This document shows, piece after piece, positions 1 to 8,939 of a stretch of 64,000 nucleotides of DNA; position 1 is the stretch's first letter, and every line of letters begins with the position of its first letter. The notes beneath the pieces were generated by a model, which did no database searches, had not been told where the DNA came from, and saw only the letters and a list, made by a program, of their open reading frames with translations. Made by a program: the position numbers and the translations under genes. This DNA comes from an uncultured archaeon (GTDB taxonomy: Archaea; Aenigmatarchaeota; Aenigmatarchaeia; CG10238-14; SCSR01), in NCBI GenBank assembly GCA_964366355.1, contig CAYITO010000001.1, positions 2,459 through 66,458 of the forward strand, given 5' to 3'.

Positions 1-1
1 G

Positions 2-742
2 ATTTTTTTAGGAAGCTTCGTTTATGCTTTAAACGCAAATCCAAGTGAACCATTGTATGGGCTTAAAAGATTTACAGAGTCAACAAGACTGTTAATTGCA
101 AGCAGTGAGCCAGAAAAAGTTAGTCTACATATGCAAATTGCTGAAGAGAGGTTGAAGGAAGCAAAGGTTGCAGCTGAGAGAAATGATACTGAAACCTTTA
201 AAGAAGTAGTTAATGAATATAAAAGGCAAGTAGAAAATGCTAACATACAATTGGATAAAGCTCAAAAAGAGCAAAAAGAGGTAACACACTTATTGGAAAA
301 AATTACTGAAGATACAGCTAAGCATATTTCTATACTGGAAAATATTGAAGAAAAACATCCAACGTTAAAGGATGAAATAAAGCCAGCTTACAATGTATCT
401 GTAGAATCATTTAAGAAAGCTAAAAGTGAATTAGAAGTGGTGATTAAAGAGAACTACAAGAAAATAAAAGATAACAGGAATGAATCTGTTTTAGATATTC
501 AAGATAGTAAACCAAATTTCACTATTCCCATAGAATCGTACAACAATACAGAGGATAAGTCAAGAAATAAAAATAAGACGAAATACGAATATAAAATGAA
601 ATACAATAAAACAAAGGATGAATTGGAAAAATCAAATAAAACAAGTGACAAAATAAAACCTCATTGGAAAGTTAAAGGTAAATTACAAAAGGCTGTTGAT
701 GAATTAGAGGAAATGAACAAAGATAATAGTACTATAGAATGA
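2..742 (+). CDS. K/E-rich coiled-coil protein, 5' end cut by window edge (DUF5667-like N-terminal region)
   Basis: Frame is open from nt 2 with no upstream stop. The track start at 53 is a TTG. Lys/Glu-rich heptad-like sequence (..AEERLKEAKVAAERN..). Confidence 0.45.
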   Translation: MFLGSFVYALNANPSEPLYGLKRFTESTRLLIASSEPEKVSLHMQIAEERLKEAKVAAERNDTETFKEVVNEYKRQVENANIQLDKAQKEQKEVTHLLEKITEDTAKHISILENIEEKHPTLKDEIKPAYNVSVESFKKAKSELEVVIKENYKKIKDNRNESVLDIQDSKPNFTIPIESYNNTEDKSRNKNKTKYEYKMKYNKTKDELEKSNKTSDKIKPHWKVKGKLQKAVDELEEMNKDNSTIE

Positions 743-848
743 TGCACTTTTTCATTTTTGTGTTTATTTCACATTAACATAACTTATCCTGGCGCGAGTG
801 TGTTTGGTAACTGTAATAAATAATACAAAAAGTAAACAATCATTTAAA

Positions 849-1340
849 ATGAAAATAAGCAAATCACAATCAGCAATGGAATATCTGATGACCTATGGTT
901 GGGCTGTTCTTGTTGTTTTAGTGGTTATAACACTTCTCTTTTCTTACTCTTATATTCCACGCTCTGATAAATTTTCGGTAAATCGATGTGTATTTCAATC
1001 AGGAATTGTGTGCATAGATTATAAAGTAGAAAATGATCCATCTGACAACGGCGTTATAAAACTAGCTATATACAATTCACATGGTCATGACATGACAGAT
1101 ATAGTTGTTACCACAACAGATTGTGGTGTAGCCAATCAAACGGATATCCCAAGCGGAGAAAATGCGATAGTAACAGTTAATTGTAGCCAACCATTGTCAG
1201 GCTCAAAATATAGTGGAGAAGTAAATATTACTTATATAAATCCCGTTTCAGGATTAACACATACAATACAAGGCTCGATATCAACAACTATAGATGAGAC
1301 TACTTCTGTAGACACAATTCCCCCTGTAAGATCAAATTGA
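849..1340 (+). CDS. Archaeal type IV pilin-like protein with class III (prepilin) signal peptide
   Basis: N-terminus MKISKSQSAMEYLMTYGWAVLVVLVVITLLF matches the class III signal motif (basic residues, Q-S-x-E-Y-L, then a hydrophobic helix). The rest is a Cys-containing globular domain. Confidence 0.7.
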   Translation: MKISKSQSAMEYLMTYGWAVLVVLVVITLLFSYSYIPRSDKFSVNRCVFQSGIVCIDYKVENDPSDNGVIKLAIYNSHGHDMTDIVVTTTDCGVANQTDIPSGENAIVTVNCSQPLSGSKYSGEVNITYINPVSGLTHTIQGSISTTIDETTSVDTIPPVRSN

Positions 1341-1451
1341 CAGCCAACAGAAGTTCTCTCACCAGGAACAACTCAAGCAGCAATTTCTGTAGCAACGAAT
1401 GAAAATTCCAATTGCCGTTATTCGACAACTCTAGGGACATCTTATTCTTCT

Positions 1452-2081
1452 ATGAATGAATTTTCAATAACAGGAACAACTTCACATTCTACAACAATAT
1501 ATGGTTTAGCAAATGGAACTATTTACAATTATTATATAAAATGTCAAGATACAGTTGGGAATTTTAACAACGATGACTTTACTATAACATTTAGAATTGC
1601 TACAGCTATTATAAATATTTCTAATATTGACGATGCTTATATACGTAACGATGTTCCTGATACCAATCACGGTGGCTCAAGTCGTTTTCTTATAGATGGA
1701 GCACCAGTCATATACAGAACATTGATAAAACCATTAGATTTGGGAGGCATTCCACCAAACACGACGATACTAAAAGCCGAGCTAGTGCTAACGGCTTATG
1801 ATTTAGGGAGTCCAGCTAATGCCTCTAAGGTATTGAGCACATGGAATGAAAATACAGTAACTTGGAATACTCTTCCAGCAATCGAGTCAATGCCATTTAC
1901 CACATTCCGTACCAACTCAACTACAGTTATTGTAGACATAACCTCACTAATGCAAGAGTGGATAAATAGTGAGCCAATTTATGGAGTATTACTTTGGTCA
2001 TTTAGAACTGATGGGAGTGATTATAGAAGCACTGAATATAGTATCGTTGCTCAACGCCCAAAGATAATTGTCATGATTTAA
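1452..2081 (+). CDS. DNRLRE (disaggregatase-related) domain protein; no signal peptide of its own. Probably the C-terminal extension of the pilin gene across an in-frame TGA at 1338-1340.
   Basis: Motifs LSTWNENTVTWNTLPA and GVLLWS are typical of DNRLRE domains. Same frame as 849..1340. The 111 nt between the TGA and the ATG at 1452 has no stop and encodes conserved-looking ..SNCRYSTTLGTSYSSM.. Confidence 0.55.
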   Translation: MNEFSITGTTSHSTTIYGLANGTIYNYYIKCQDTVGNFNNDDFTITFRIATAIINISNIDDAYIRNDVPDTNHGGSSRFLIDGAPVIYRTLIKPLDLGGIPPNTTILKAELVLTAYDLGSPANASKVLSTWNENTVTWNTLPAIESMPFTTFRTNSTTVIVDITSLMQEWINSEPIYGVLLWSFRTDGSDYRSTEYSIVAQRPKIIVMI

Positions 2082-2213
2082 CATTTCGTAAAATCTAAAT
2101 TATAATTAAGAAAGCCTAAGATATAAAGTTTAGAAGGTTGATTTATGATGAAATCAAAAAACTGATAACAATTTTAATCAAAGCTTTAAAAACAGAAAAT
2201 AAGAAGTAATAGT

Positions 2214-2621
2214 ATGGTAAAGGAGTTTAGGTATAGGGGAACAAGTTTAGAAGACTTGAAGAAGATGTCTATTGATGAGATTGCTAAATTATTGCCATCT
2301 AGGGCCAGAAGAAGTTTGAAGAAAGGACTGACTGACCAGCAAAAGAAATTCTTGGAAAATTTAAGGAAAACCCCTGAGAAGTTCCACAAGACGCATGTAA
2401 GGGACATGATAATTTTGCCTGAAATGGTTGGCGCCAAAGTCGGCATTTACAAGGGAGGAGCGAAGGCAGGCGACAGCAGCAAATGGGTTAATGTAGTCAT
2501 TGCTCCGCAGATGATAGGGCACAGGATAGGGGAATACAGCATACCTATAGGAAGAGTGAAACATTCTGCACCAGGGATCGGAGCTTCAAAAGGCAGCAAG
2601 CATATCGCAACTAAAACATAA
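2214..2621 (+). CDS. rps19p: 30S ribosomal protein S19 (uS19)
   Basis: ..FRYRGTSLEDLKKMSIDEIAKLLPSRARRSLKKG.. and HSAPGIGASKGSK are a typical archaeal uS19 pattern. Confidence 0.9.
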   Translation: MVKEFRYRGTSLEDLKKMSIDEIAKLLPSRARRSLKKGLTDQQKKFLENLRKTPEKFHKTHVRDMIILPEMVGAKVGIYKGGAKAGDSSKWVNVVIAPQMIGHRIGEYSIPIGRVKHSAPGIGASKGSKHIATKT

Positions 2622-2632
2622 ATGGAGATTCT

Positions 2633-2989
2633 ATGCAAGTCACATCCAAATTAAAAGATGCAGGAATATCATTCAAAAGCTCGCTAATTATGTCGAGAGA
2701 GTTGAAGGGATTGAAAGTTGAAAGGGCAAAGCGGCTTCTTGACGATTTGATCAACCAAAAGGCAAGTGTTGACGGAAAATACTATACCAAGGTTGCCAAA
2801 AATTTCCTGAACGTACTGAAGTCAGCAGAAGCCAATGCCAGACAGAAGAATTTGGACACGGAAAAACTGTTTGTCAAGGTTGCGAAGACGGACAAGGCTG
2901 CAAAGGCCGTCAGACCTAAATCAAGGTTTAAGTTCAGAGGAAGGGAAGCTAAGGTTGCGAATATTGAAATCGTGCTTGAAGAAAGATAG
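2633..2989 (+). CDS. rpl22p: 50S ribosomal protein L22 (uL22), short form
   Basis: Position directly after S19, plus basic uL22-like sequence (..RAKRLLDDL.., KAAKAVRPKSRFKFRGREAKVANIEIVLEE). Confidence 0.75.
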   Translation: MQVTSKLKDAGISFKSSLIMSRELKGLKVERAKRLLDDLINQKASVDGKYYTKVAKNFLNVLKSAEANARQKNLDTEKLFVKVAKTDKAAKAVRPKSRFKFRGREAKVANIEIVLEER

Positions 2990-3039
2990 TCTAGTTCGTT
3001 TACAAAACCTTAAAAATGTAACTCTTAAAATGAAATAAT

Positions 3040-3360
3040 ATGCAGCCAATGAGAAAATCGGGACTTATAAATGAATTGTATAATTTAGAAAGAAGCGCGC
3101 AGATAGTTGACGGTAATAGTTATTGGGCAGCCATAAATCGTTCCGATAGATATTGGACACCTATGTTACTTAGATGGAATATTTTAACTCATGCCGGCAC
3201 TGCTGATGATCTTAGGGAAGGAGGAATAGAAACAGGATATCATAGAAGGCGTACAGTTTATAAAGTAAATCATCATATACTCAAAAAATTGAAAGATGGT
3301 AGCGAATCATTTGGTAAGAATGTTGACGAGGAAGATGTGAATAGAGTTTTATTTTCTTAA
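3040..3360 (+). CDS. Hypothetical Trp-rich protein inserted between L22 and S3
   Basis: 106-aa ORF filling a 430-nt gap in an otherwise tight r-protein operon. No recognisable family. Confidence 0.35.
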   Translation: MQPMRKSGLINELYNLERSAQIVDGNSYWAAINRSDRYWTPMLLRWNILTHAGTADDLREGGIETGYHRRRTVYKVNHHILKKLKDGSESFGKNVDEEDVNRVLFS

Positions 3361-3421
3361 TTATTGTTTACTTTTCCTTTGACCAAAGCCTTAAAAACGG
3401 ATTCTACCAATAATTGAATCT

Positions 3422-4027
3422 ATGGCAATCGAGAAACTCTTCGTGAAAGAGGGGATAAAGGAATCCGAGGTAGAGGAATTTCTGAGAACCAAGTTCGAAA
3501 AGGCAGGCTACAGCCATTCTCTTATCGAGAGAACGCCGCTGGGAACCAGGATAATAATTTTTGCCCACAAGCCTGGACTGGTCATAGGCAGGAGCGGCAG
3601 AAGGATCAACGAAATTGCCGAGGAGATAAAGGAAAAATTCGGGTTTGAAAATCCTCTGGTTGATGTAAAGGAAGTGGACAACCCATTCCTGGACGCAAAC
3701 ATTATCGCAAACCGAATAGCAAGGGCAATCGAAAAGAATATCAACTTCAAGAAAGTTGCAAACTATTATCTTGAAAAAGTTACAGAAGCTGGCGCAATAG
3801 GCATCTCAATCCATGTAGGCGGCAAGCTTGCAGGCAGCGAGAGAAGCAGGTTCCAGAAGTTCAAGAGGGGATTCATCGCTTTCTCAGGGGAATATGCAGA
3901 GAGGCTTGTTGACAAAGGAAATGCAAAGGCCAATATCAAACCTGGAATAGTTGGGATAAAGGTTTTCATAATGCAGGAAATGCCGAAGGAAGTAATCTAC
4001 AAAGAAGGCTCCGATGAGGAGCGATAG
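3422..4027 (+). CDS. rps3p: 30S ribosomal protein S3 (uS3), KH domain
   Basis: ..GLVIGRSGRRINEIAEEIKEKFG.. KH motif, with archaeal uS3 conservation throughout. Confidence 0.9.
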   Translation: MAIEKLFVKEGIKESEVEEFLRTKFEKAGYSHSLIERTPLGTRIIIFAHKPGLVIGRSGRRINEIAEEIKEKFGFENPLVDVKEVDNPFLDANIIANRIARAIEKNINFKKVANYYLEKVTEAGAIGISIHVGGKLAGSERSRFQKFKRGFIAFSGEYAERLVDKGNAKANIKPGIVGIKVFIMQEMPKEVIYKEGSDEER

Positions 4028-4065
4028 ACTTTTATATATTGAATTATCATAAAGGTTTAGAGCAA

Positions 4066-4281
4066 ATGGCGATTCTTAAAACAAAGCAGATTAGAGAAAC
4101 GAAGCAAGACGGCTTGAGCAAAAGGCTGTCTGAGCTGAGATTGGAACTTCTTAAAGAACAAGGCAACGTAAAGATGGGAAGGCCGATTAAAAATCCCGGA
4201 AAAATCAGGGTTTTGAAGAAGACGATTGCTAGAATAGCTACGATACAGAATGAAAGAAGATTGAAAGAGGTAAAGAAGTAA
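4066..4281 (+). CDS. rpl29p: 50S ribosomal protein L29 (uL29)
   Basis: MAILKTKQIRE..LSELRLELLKEQGN.. uL29 signature. Internal ATG at 4066 is the likely start. Confidence 0.8.
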   Translation: MAILKTKQIRETKQDGLSKRLSELRLELLKEQGNVKMGRPIKNPGKIRVLKKTIARIATIQNERRLKEVKK

Positions 4282-4283
4282 CA

Positions 4284-4619
4284 ATGGCCGAAGTCTGTCC
4301 CAAATGTAGAAGTCCAATGATGGCAAGCGTTTGTTCAAGATGCGGCCTGCCATCTGATATATGCGCTTGCGTTGCAATAGACCAAGCTGGACACAAGATA
4401 AGAGTTTTCATAGAGACCAGAAAGTTCAGAAAACCCATCACAATTATAGAAGGTATAACCGATAATGCAAAGGACATCTCAAAGCAATTGAAGTCAAAGC
4501 TTGCATGCGGCGGGACTTACAAGGACAATCACATAGAATTGCAGGGTAACCATACGCACAGGATAAAGGACATGCTGGTTAAATTGGGTTATTCGGCAGA
4601 CCAGATTGAAGTAAGTTGA
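4284..4619 (+). CDS. Translation initiation factor aSUI1 (eIF1 family) with N-terminal Zn-ribbon
   Basis: ..[46 protein letters not shown].. SUI1 fold motifs. CPKC..CSRC cysteines. Canonical position after L29. Confidence 0.8.
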   Translation: MAEVCPKCRSPMMASVCSRCGLPSDICACVAIDQAGHKIRVFIETRKFRKPITIIEGITDNAKDISKQLKSKLACGGTYKDNHIELQGNHTHRIKDMLVKLGYSADQIEVS

Positions 4620-4623
4620 TGGC

Positions 4624-5043
4624 ATGAAATCAAAAACGCCAAAGACAGAAGGCGAATGGAAGACATGTCTTACTCCCGCGCAATATCACATATTAAGGCA
4701 AAAGGGAACTGAAGCACCCTTTACTGGCAAATACTACAAAAATAAGAAAAAGGGAATGTATATCTGCGCAGGTTGCGGAGCCAAGTTATTTTCTTCAGAT
4801 GCAAAGTATGAGTCCGGCACTGGATGGCCGAGCTTTTGGGCTCCGGCTTCCAAAGACAATGTAGAGACTAAATCGGATAACAGCATGTTGATGCATAGAA
4901 CTGAGGTGTTGTGCAGGAAGTGCGGCGGGCATTTAGGACATGTTTTTGACGACGGTCCAAAACCTACTGGTTTACGTTACTGCATCAATTCTGCGGCATT
5001 AAATTTCAAGGAAATGAAGCAGGCTAAAAGGTCAAAGGATTGA
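4624..5043 (+). CDS. msrB: Peptide-methionine (R)-S-oxide reductase MsrB
   Basis: [35 protein letters not shown], the SelR/MsrB Zn and catalytic-Cys pattern. Confidence 0.85.
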   Translation: MKSKTPKTEGEWKTCLTPAQYHILRQKGTEAPFTGKYYKNKKKGMYICAGCGAKLFSSDAKYESGTGWPSFWAPASKDNVETKSDNSMLMHRTEVLCRKCGGHLGHVFDDGPKPTGLRYCINSAALNFKEMKQAKRSKD

Positions 5044-5125
5044 ATTGTGAATGAGCGTAGGGGTTAGAAGACTTGGCTGGATTTTGAGCAAATACTTTAT
5101 AAAAGTAATACTTTACTTATAGATA

Positions 5126-5533
5126 ATGGTAAATTACATATCAGTCTTATTGGGTTACTTTAATCCACAAAGAAGAAGTGACGACCTATTTAAAAGAGTT
5201 CTTAAAGAGAGTGATAGAGATCCTGAGAATGCACGATGCATGCAAAATGTAGACCGCATGGTATATATGCTTAGAGAAAATGGGATTGATGGAGGACAAT
5301 TTGGTATCTTATGTATAGCTGCTGCAGATGATTCCCCATCTATAATACAAACTAACAGAGGACTACGGGTTTATGATTATCACTTAGCACTGGTGGTAAA
5401 AAATGGAGATAAAATTACTGTCTTAGACCCTTACTCAAATAGAGGTATTCATGGCTCATTAGAAGATTATTCGAGTGATACAAGAGTATCTAGAGATAAT
5501 ATGGAAATTAGATGGCTTCAAGATCCAAGATAA
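5126..5533 (+). CDS. Hypothetical protein
   Basis: 135-aa ORF between msrB and the Rpp29 gene. No recognisable motifs. Confidence 0.35.
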   Translation: MVNYISVLLGYFNPQRRSDDLFKRVLKESDRDPENARCMQNVDRMVYMLRENGIDGGQFGILCIAAADDSPSIIQTNRGLRVYDYHLALVVKNGDKITVLDPYSNRGIHGSLEDYSSDTRVSRDNMEIRWLQDPR

Positions 5534-5547
5534 TAGATTGTGAAACT

Positions 5548-5832
5548 ATGCCAATCACGCCATATAATCTTGTAAGACACGAATTAATTTCCTTACCTGT
5601 GAAAATTATAAAATCGTCAGACCCAACTCTAAAAAAACTATCAGGAAAAGTCACCGACGAAACCTACAATACCCTCAAGATTGAAACAAAAGACGGTAGG
5701 GAAAAAACCGTAATAAAAGAAAATTGCATCTTCATCTTCACCCTCCCCGACAAAACCAAAGTGCAGGTGGACGGCAAACTGCTTGTATCAAGACCGGAAG
5801 ACAGGATAAAGAAAAAATTCCCGAGATGGTGA
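5548..5832 (+). CDS. rnp1: RNase P protein component 1 (Rpp29/Pop4)
   Basis: ..NLVRHELISLPVKIIKSSDPTLKKLSGKVTDETYNTLKIETKDG.. ..VDGKLLVSRPEDRIKK matches the Rpp29 Sm-like fold consensus. Canonical position before S17. Confidence 0.75.
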   Translation: MPITPYNLVRHELISLPVKIIKSSDPTLKKLSGKVTDETYNTLKIETKDGREKTVIKENCIFIFTLPDKTKVQVDGKLLVSRPEDRIKKKFPRW

Positions 5833-5880
5833 ATTAAAAAGCAATAAAAACATGTCTTTTCTAATTAATACAGTATCTTT

Positions 5881-6207
5881 ATGGAAGCACGAAACATCGG
5901 GATAGATGTCAAGAAACCAGAAAAGACATGCGAAGATGTCAGCTGCCCGTTCCACGGAACGCTCAGCGTTAGAGGAAACATCATTCAGGGAAAAGTTGTT
6001 TCGACACGGGCGCAGAAGACTGCAGTTATAGAAAAAAACTACCAGCACTTCTTGACAAAGTACGAGCGATATGAAAGACGGCACACAAGAATCGTGGCAT
6101 ACAATCCCGAATGCATAGGAGCAAAAGAGGGGAATGTCGTTAACATAGCCGAGTGCAGGCCTCTGAGCAAGACCAAGGCATTTGTTGTTATAGAGAAGGT
6201 GGGATGA
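5881..6207 (+). CDS. rps17p: 30S ribosomal protein S17 (uS17)
   Basis: ..CPFHGTLSVRGNIIQGKVVSTRAQKTAVIE..YERRHTRIVAYNPECI.. uS17 OB-fold signature. Confidence 0.85.
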   Translation: MEARNIGIDVKKPEKTCEDVSCPFHGTLSVRGNIIQGKVVSTRAQKTAVIEKNYQHFLTKYERYERRHTRIVAYNPECIGAKEGNVVNIAECRPLSKTKAFVVIEKVG

Positions 6208-6605
6208 TGAAACCAATCAAGGCAAGAATTGCCAGGGGTTTGAGGGTAGGAAGCAATCTGGTATGCGCAGATAATACTGGCGCCAAAATAATCCAGATAA
6301 TCTCGGTTGCAGGCTACAAGGGAGTGAAAAAAAGGCAACCTACCTGCGGTGTAGCTGATGTGATAAAGGCTACTGTGAAACAGGGCGACATTAAAATCAG
6401 AAAGCAAGTTGTGGGCGCTGTAATAATCAGGCAGAAGACAGAATATCGCAGGAAGGAAGGATTGAGAGTTACTTTTGAGGACAATGCGGCGATTTTAGTT
6501 GATGACAACCAGGAACCTCGAGGGACGGAAGTGAAAGGACCTGTTGCCAAAGAAGTTATTGAAAGATTCTCATCGATCAGCAAGGTCACGAGCATGGTGG
6601 TTTAA
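6204..6605 (+). CDS. rpl14p: 50S ribosomal protein L14 (uL14)
   Basis: ..LVCADNTGAKIIQIISV.. ..FEDNAAILVDDNQEPRGTEVKGPVAKE.. Start ATG at 6204 overlaps the S17 stop. Confidence 0.9.
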   Translation: MMKPIKARIARGLRVGSNLVCADNTGAKIIQIISVAGYKGVKKRQPTCGVADVIKATVKQGDIKIRKQVVGAVIIRQKTEYRRKEGLRVTFEDNAAILVDDNQEPRGTEVKGPVAKEVIERFSSISKVTSMVV

Positions 6606-6647
6606 ATTAGCGTCAAATCAAAAAAGCCAAGCAAGAAAAGGAAATTT

Positions 6648-7106
6648 TTGCATACAGCACCATTGCATTCCCGAAGAAAGCTGTTGTCAGCCCACCTATC
6701 CAAAGAATTAAGGCAGCAGTTCAAGCGAAGAGCGCTGCCATTGAGGAAGGGAGATGAAGTTGAAATAATGAAAGGCAGCTTTGCTGGCAAATCCGGAAAA
6801 GTTGCAAAAGTCGATCTGGAAAACTATAGAATTTATGTTGAAGGCATAACAAGGAAACGAACCGTCGGAACGGATGTGCAGGTTCCAATAAGCCCAAGCA
6901 ACCTCAAAATAACAAATTTAAGCCTAGATGACGAATTTAGGAGAAAAATATTGCAGAGGAAGGGCGGAATAAAATTAGAAAAACCAACGAAGAAGGAGGA
7001 AGTTAAGGAAGATGTCAAATCTCAAAAGGCTGCTGATACCACGATTTTGGCGAGTGCAGAAAAAGACAAAGACGTGGGCAGTAAGTCCGAGACCGGGTCC
7101 CCATAA
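6648..7106 (+). CDS. rpl24p: 50S ribosomal protein L24 (uL24, KOW) with K/E-rich C-terminal tail
   Basis: ..APLHSRRKLLSAHLSKELRQQF..RKGDEVEIMKGSFAGKSGKV.. KOW motif. The tail overlaps the S4e start in another frame. Confidence 0.8.
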   Translation: MHTAPLHSRRKLLSAHLSKELRQQFKRRALPLRKGDEVEIMKGSFAGKSGKVAKVDLENYRIYVEGITRKRTVGTDVQVPISPSNLKITNLSLDDEFRRKILQRKGGIKLEKPTKKEEVKEDVKSQKAADTTILASAEKDKDVGSKSETGSP

Positions 7107-7710
7107 AAAATTCGAATCCATACCACTGCAGGTATTGGTCAGGGACATTCTCAGCATAGCAGAGACAGGAAAGGAAGCCCAGGCGATAATCAGCAAGGGC
7201 GAAGTGATCGTCGACGGCAAGGCCAGAAAAGATAATGCTTATCCTGTTGGTTTGTTTGACACAATCAACCTACCAGTTTCTAATCAATTCTACCGCGTCG
7301 TCCCATCCCATGATGGCATGAATGTAATTTCTATCGAAAAGGACGAGGCGAATGTGAAAATCTGCAGGATCGAGGGCAAGACCCTGATTGAAAAGGGAAA
7401 ATTGCAATTGAACCTGAACGACGGCAAGAACATTCTTGTTGATGATGGAAAATATAAAACAGGCGATTCTATATTGATAGAGGTGCCGTCATTGAAAATC
7501 AGGGAGCATGTGAAACTAGCCAAGGGGAGCATGGGAATTATTCTCAAAGGCAAAAACTCGGGAAAATCCGGGGAAGTCAAGGAAATCCTGCCAGGGAAAT
7601 TCAGGCAACATCCAAGCATCATCTGCAGGATAGAAGGTGAGGATGCGGAAGTTTTGAGAGACAATTTTATTATAGTCGGAAAAGAAAAACCATTGGTAAC
7701 GGTGGGCTAG
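7012..7710 (+). CDS. rps4e: 30S ribosomal protein S4e (eS4)
   Basis: ..LKRLLIPRFWRVQKKTKTWAVSPRPGPHK.. canonical eS4 N-terminus. Confidence 0.9.
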   Translation: MSNLKRLLIPRFWRVQKKTKTWAVSPRPGPHKKFESIPLQVLVRDILSIAETGKEAQAIISKGEVIVDGKARKDNAYPVGLFDTINLPVSNQFYRVVPSHDGMNVISIEKDEANVKICRIEGKTLIEKGKLQLNLNDGKNILVDDGKYKTGDSILIEVPSLKIREHVKLAKGSMGIILKGKNSGKSGEVKEILPGKFRQHPSIICRIEGEDAEVLRDNFIIVGKEKPLVTVG

Positions 7711-8217
7711 ATGCAGGAAAATCCTATGCATGCAATCAAGATAGAGAAATTAACCCTCAATGTCGGTTGCGGAAATGATCATGAAAAGATAGAGAGGGCA
7801 AAAAAGTTGCTGGAGATGCTATCCAGCCAGAAGTCAATAATAACTGTGTCTAAAACAAGATCAACTTTCGGAATTCCGAAAGGAAAGCCCCTTGGGGTCA
7901 AAGTGACATTGAGAAAAGCAAAGGCAGAGGAATTTTTCAAAAAAGTCCTGCAGAGCTTGGACAACAAGCTGGAATCCGCGCATCTTGACAAATATGGCAA
8001 CATAAACATAGGCATAAAGGAATACATAGACCTGCCGCAGGTGAAGTACAGCCATGATATCGGGATGCTGGGATTGAACTGCTCTATAACACTCCAAAGA
8101 CCCGGATACAGCATCAAGCGTAGGCGCATACAAACAAGGAATATATCCTCGAAAAGCAAAATCTATAAAGAAGAAGTGGTCAGTTGGTTGAAGGGAAAAG
8201 GCGTTCAAATTGAATGA
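7711..8217 (+). CDS. rpl5p: 50S ribosomal protein L5 (uL5)
   Basis: ..NPMHAIKIEKLTLNVGCG.. ..GMLGLNCSITLQRPGYSIKRRR.. uL5 pattern. Confidence 0.9.
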   Translation: MQENPMHAIKIEKLTLNVGCGNDHEKIERAKKLLEMLSSQKSIITVSKTRSTFGIPKGKPLGVKVTLRKAKAEEFFKKVLQSLDNKLESAHLDKYGNINIGIKEYIDLPQVKYSHDIGMLGLNCSITLQRPGYSIKRRRIQTRNISSKSKIYKEEVVSWLKGKGVQIE

Positions 8218-8392
8218 AAACGAGGTTAGCATGATGGAATTAACAGCGAAGCTGGGCGGAGTGATTTTGAAGAAAGCCGAGCTTGAGAATGATTTCGAGG
8301 CCGTCTATTCCAAAGTTTTCGAGAGAATGTTCCAGTTGCAATCAACAGGCAATGACGAGTTCCTTTTCATCCTTGGTGATATTGGCGGATAG
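8210..8392 (+). CDS. Small hypothetical ORF between L5 and S14
   Basis: 60-aa ORF overlapping the L5 stop by 8 nt. Possibly spurious. Confidence 0.2.
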   Translation: MNENEVSMMELTAKLGGVILKKAELENDFEAVYSKVFERMFQLQSTGNDEFLFILGDIGG

Positions 8393-8555
8393 ATTTTCGG
8401 GTGTTTTTCTGGCTGTTAAAAAGTTTGGCAAGGCTACAAAAATGTGCAGGCGTTGTGACAATTCCCGAGGAGTCATCAAGAAATACGGACTTTCCTATTG
8501 CAGGAGATGCTTCAGGGAAATAGCCAATGACATAGGATTCCACAAGTATAGATAA
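8376..8555 (+). CDS. rps14p: 30S ribosomal protein S14, type Z (Zn-binding)
   Basis: ..KKFGKATKMCRRCDNSRGVIKKYGLSYCRRCFREIANDIGFHKYR, the CxxC..CxxC type Z S14 motif. The true start is probably a GTG or TTG upstream of the internal ATG and is uncertain. Confidence 0.7.
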   Translation: MILADRFSGVFLAVKKFGKATKMCRRCDNSRGVIKKYGLSYCRRCFREIANDIGFHKYR

Positions 8556-8586
8556 AGAATAAAAGTTTGACTATTAAGCTAATAAT

Positions 8587-8928
8587 ATGAGGCAAGAAAG
8601 AAAATTCGCTCTTATAGTAACAAGTTGTGATCCTCAAGAAAAGACTTTGTATTGGGGCCCACCACCTCTTGATGTAATTGGGCTTCTTCCAAGTTATCAG
8701 AATTTTCATGGCTATGTTACAACTGCTGAAACCGTAGACGAGACGACCTATAGATTCTTTGGTGTTCACCCGTATAATCCAGGTGCAACTCTAGAATTTG
8801 TCGAGGAAACATCGATAATGAGACGATTGTTTCCTTACACCAGTTTAGAAGCAGTAGATAGTAACGAACGTATACCCGTTAAAAAACCAAATCTTTATAG
8901 AGGACTAAAAGCTTTAGCTTATGTATAA
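8587..8928 (+). CDS. Hypothetical protein; the r-protein cluster ends here instead of continuing to S8/L6
   Basis: 113-aa ORF with no recognisable motifs. Confidence 0.35.
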   Translation: MRQERKFALIVTSCDPQEKTLYWGPPPLDVIGLLPSYQNFHGYVTTAETVDETTYRFFGVHPYNPGATLEFVEETSIMRRLFPYTSLEAVDSNERIPVKKPNLYRGLKALAYV

Positions 8929-8939
8929 ATAATTTAATT

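Noticed and set aside
2186-2638. Minus-strand ORFs (86, 67 and 63 aa) overlapping rps19
   Set aside because: Antisense shadow ORFs inside a strongly supported r-protein gene, with no motifs.
6975-7220. 81-aa minus-strand ORF across the L24/S4e junction
   Set aside because: Antisense to two well-supported r-protein genes.
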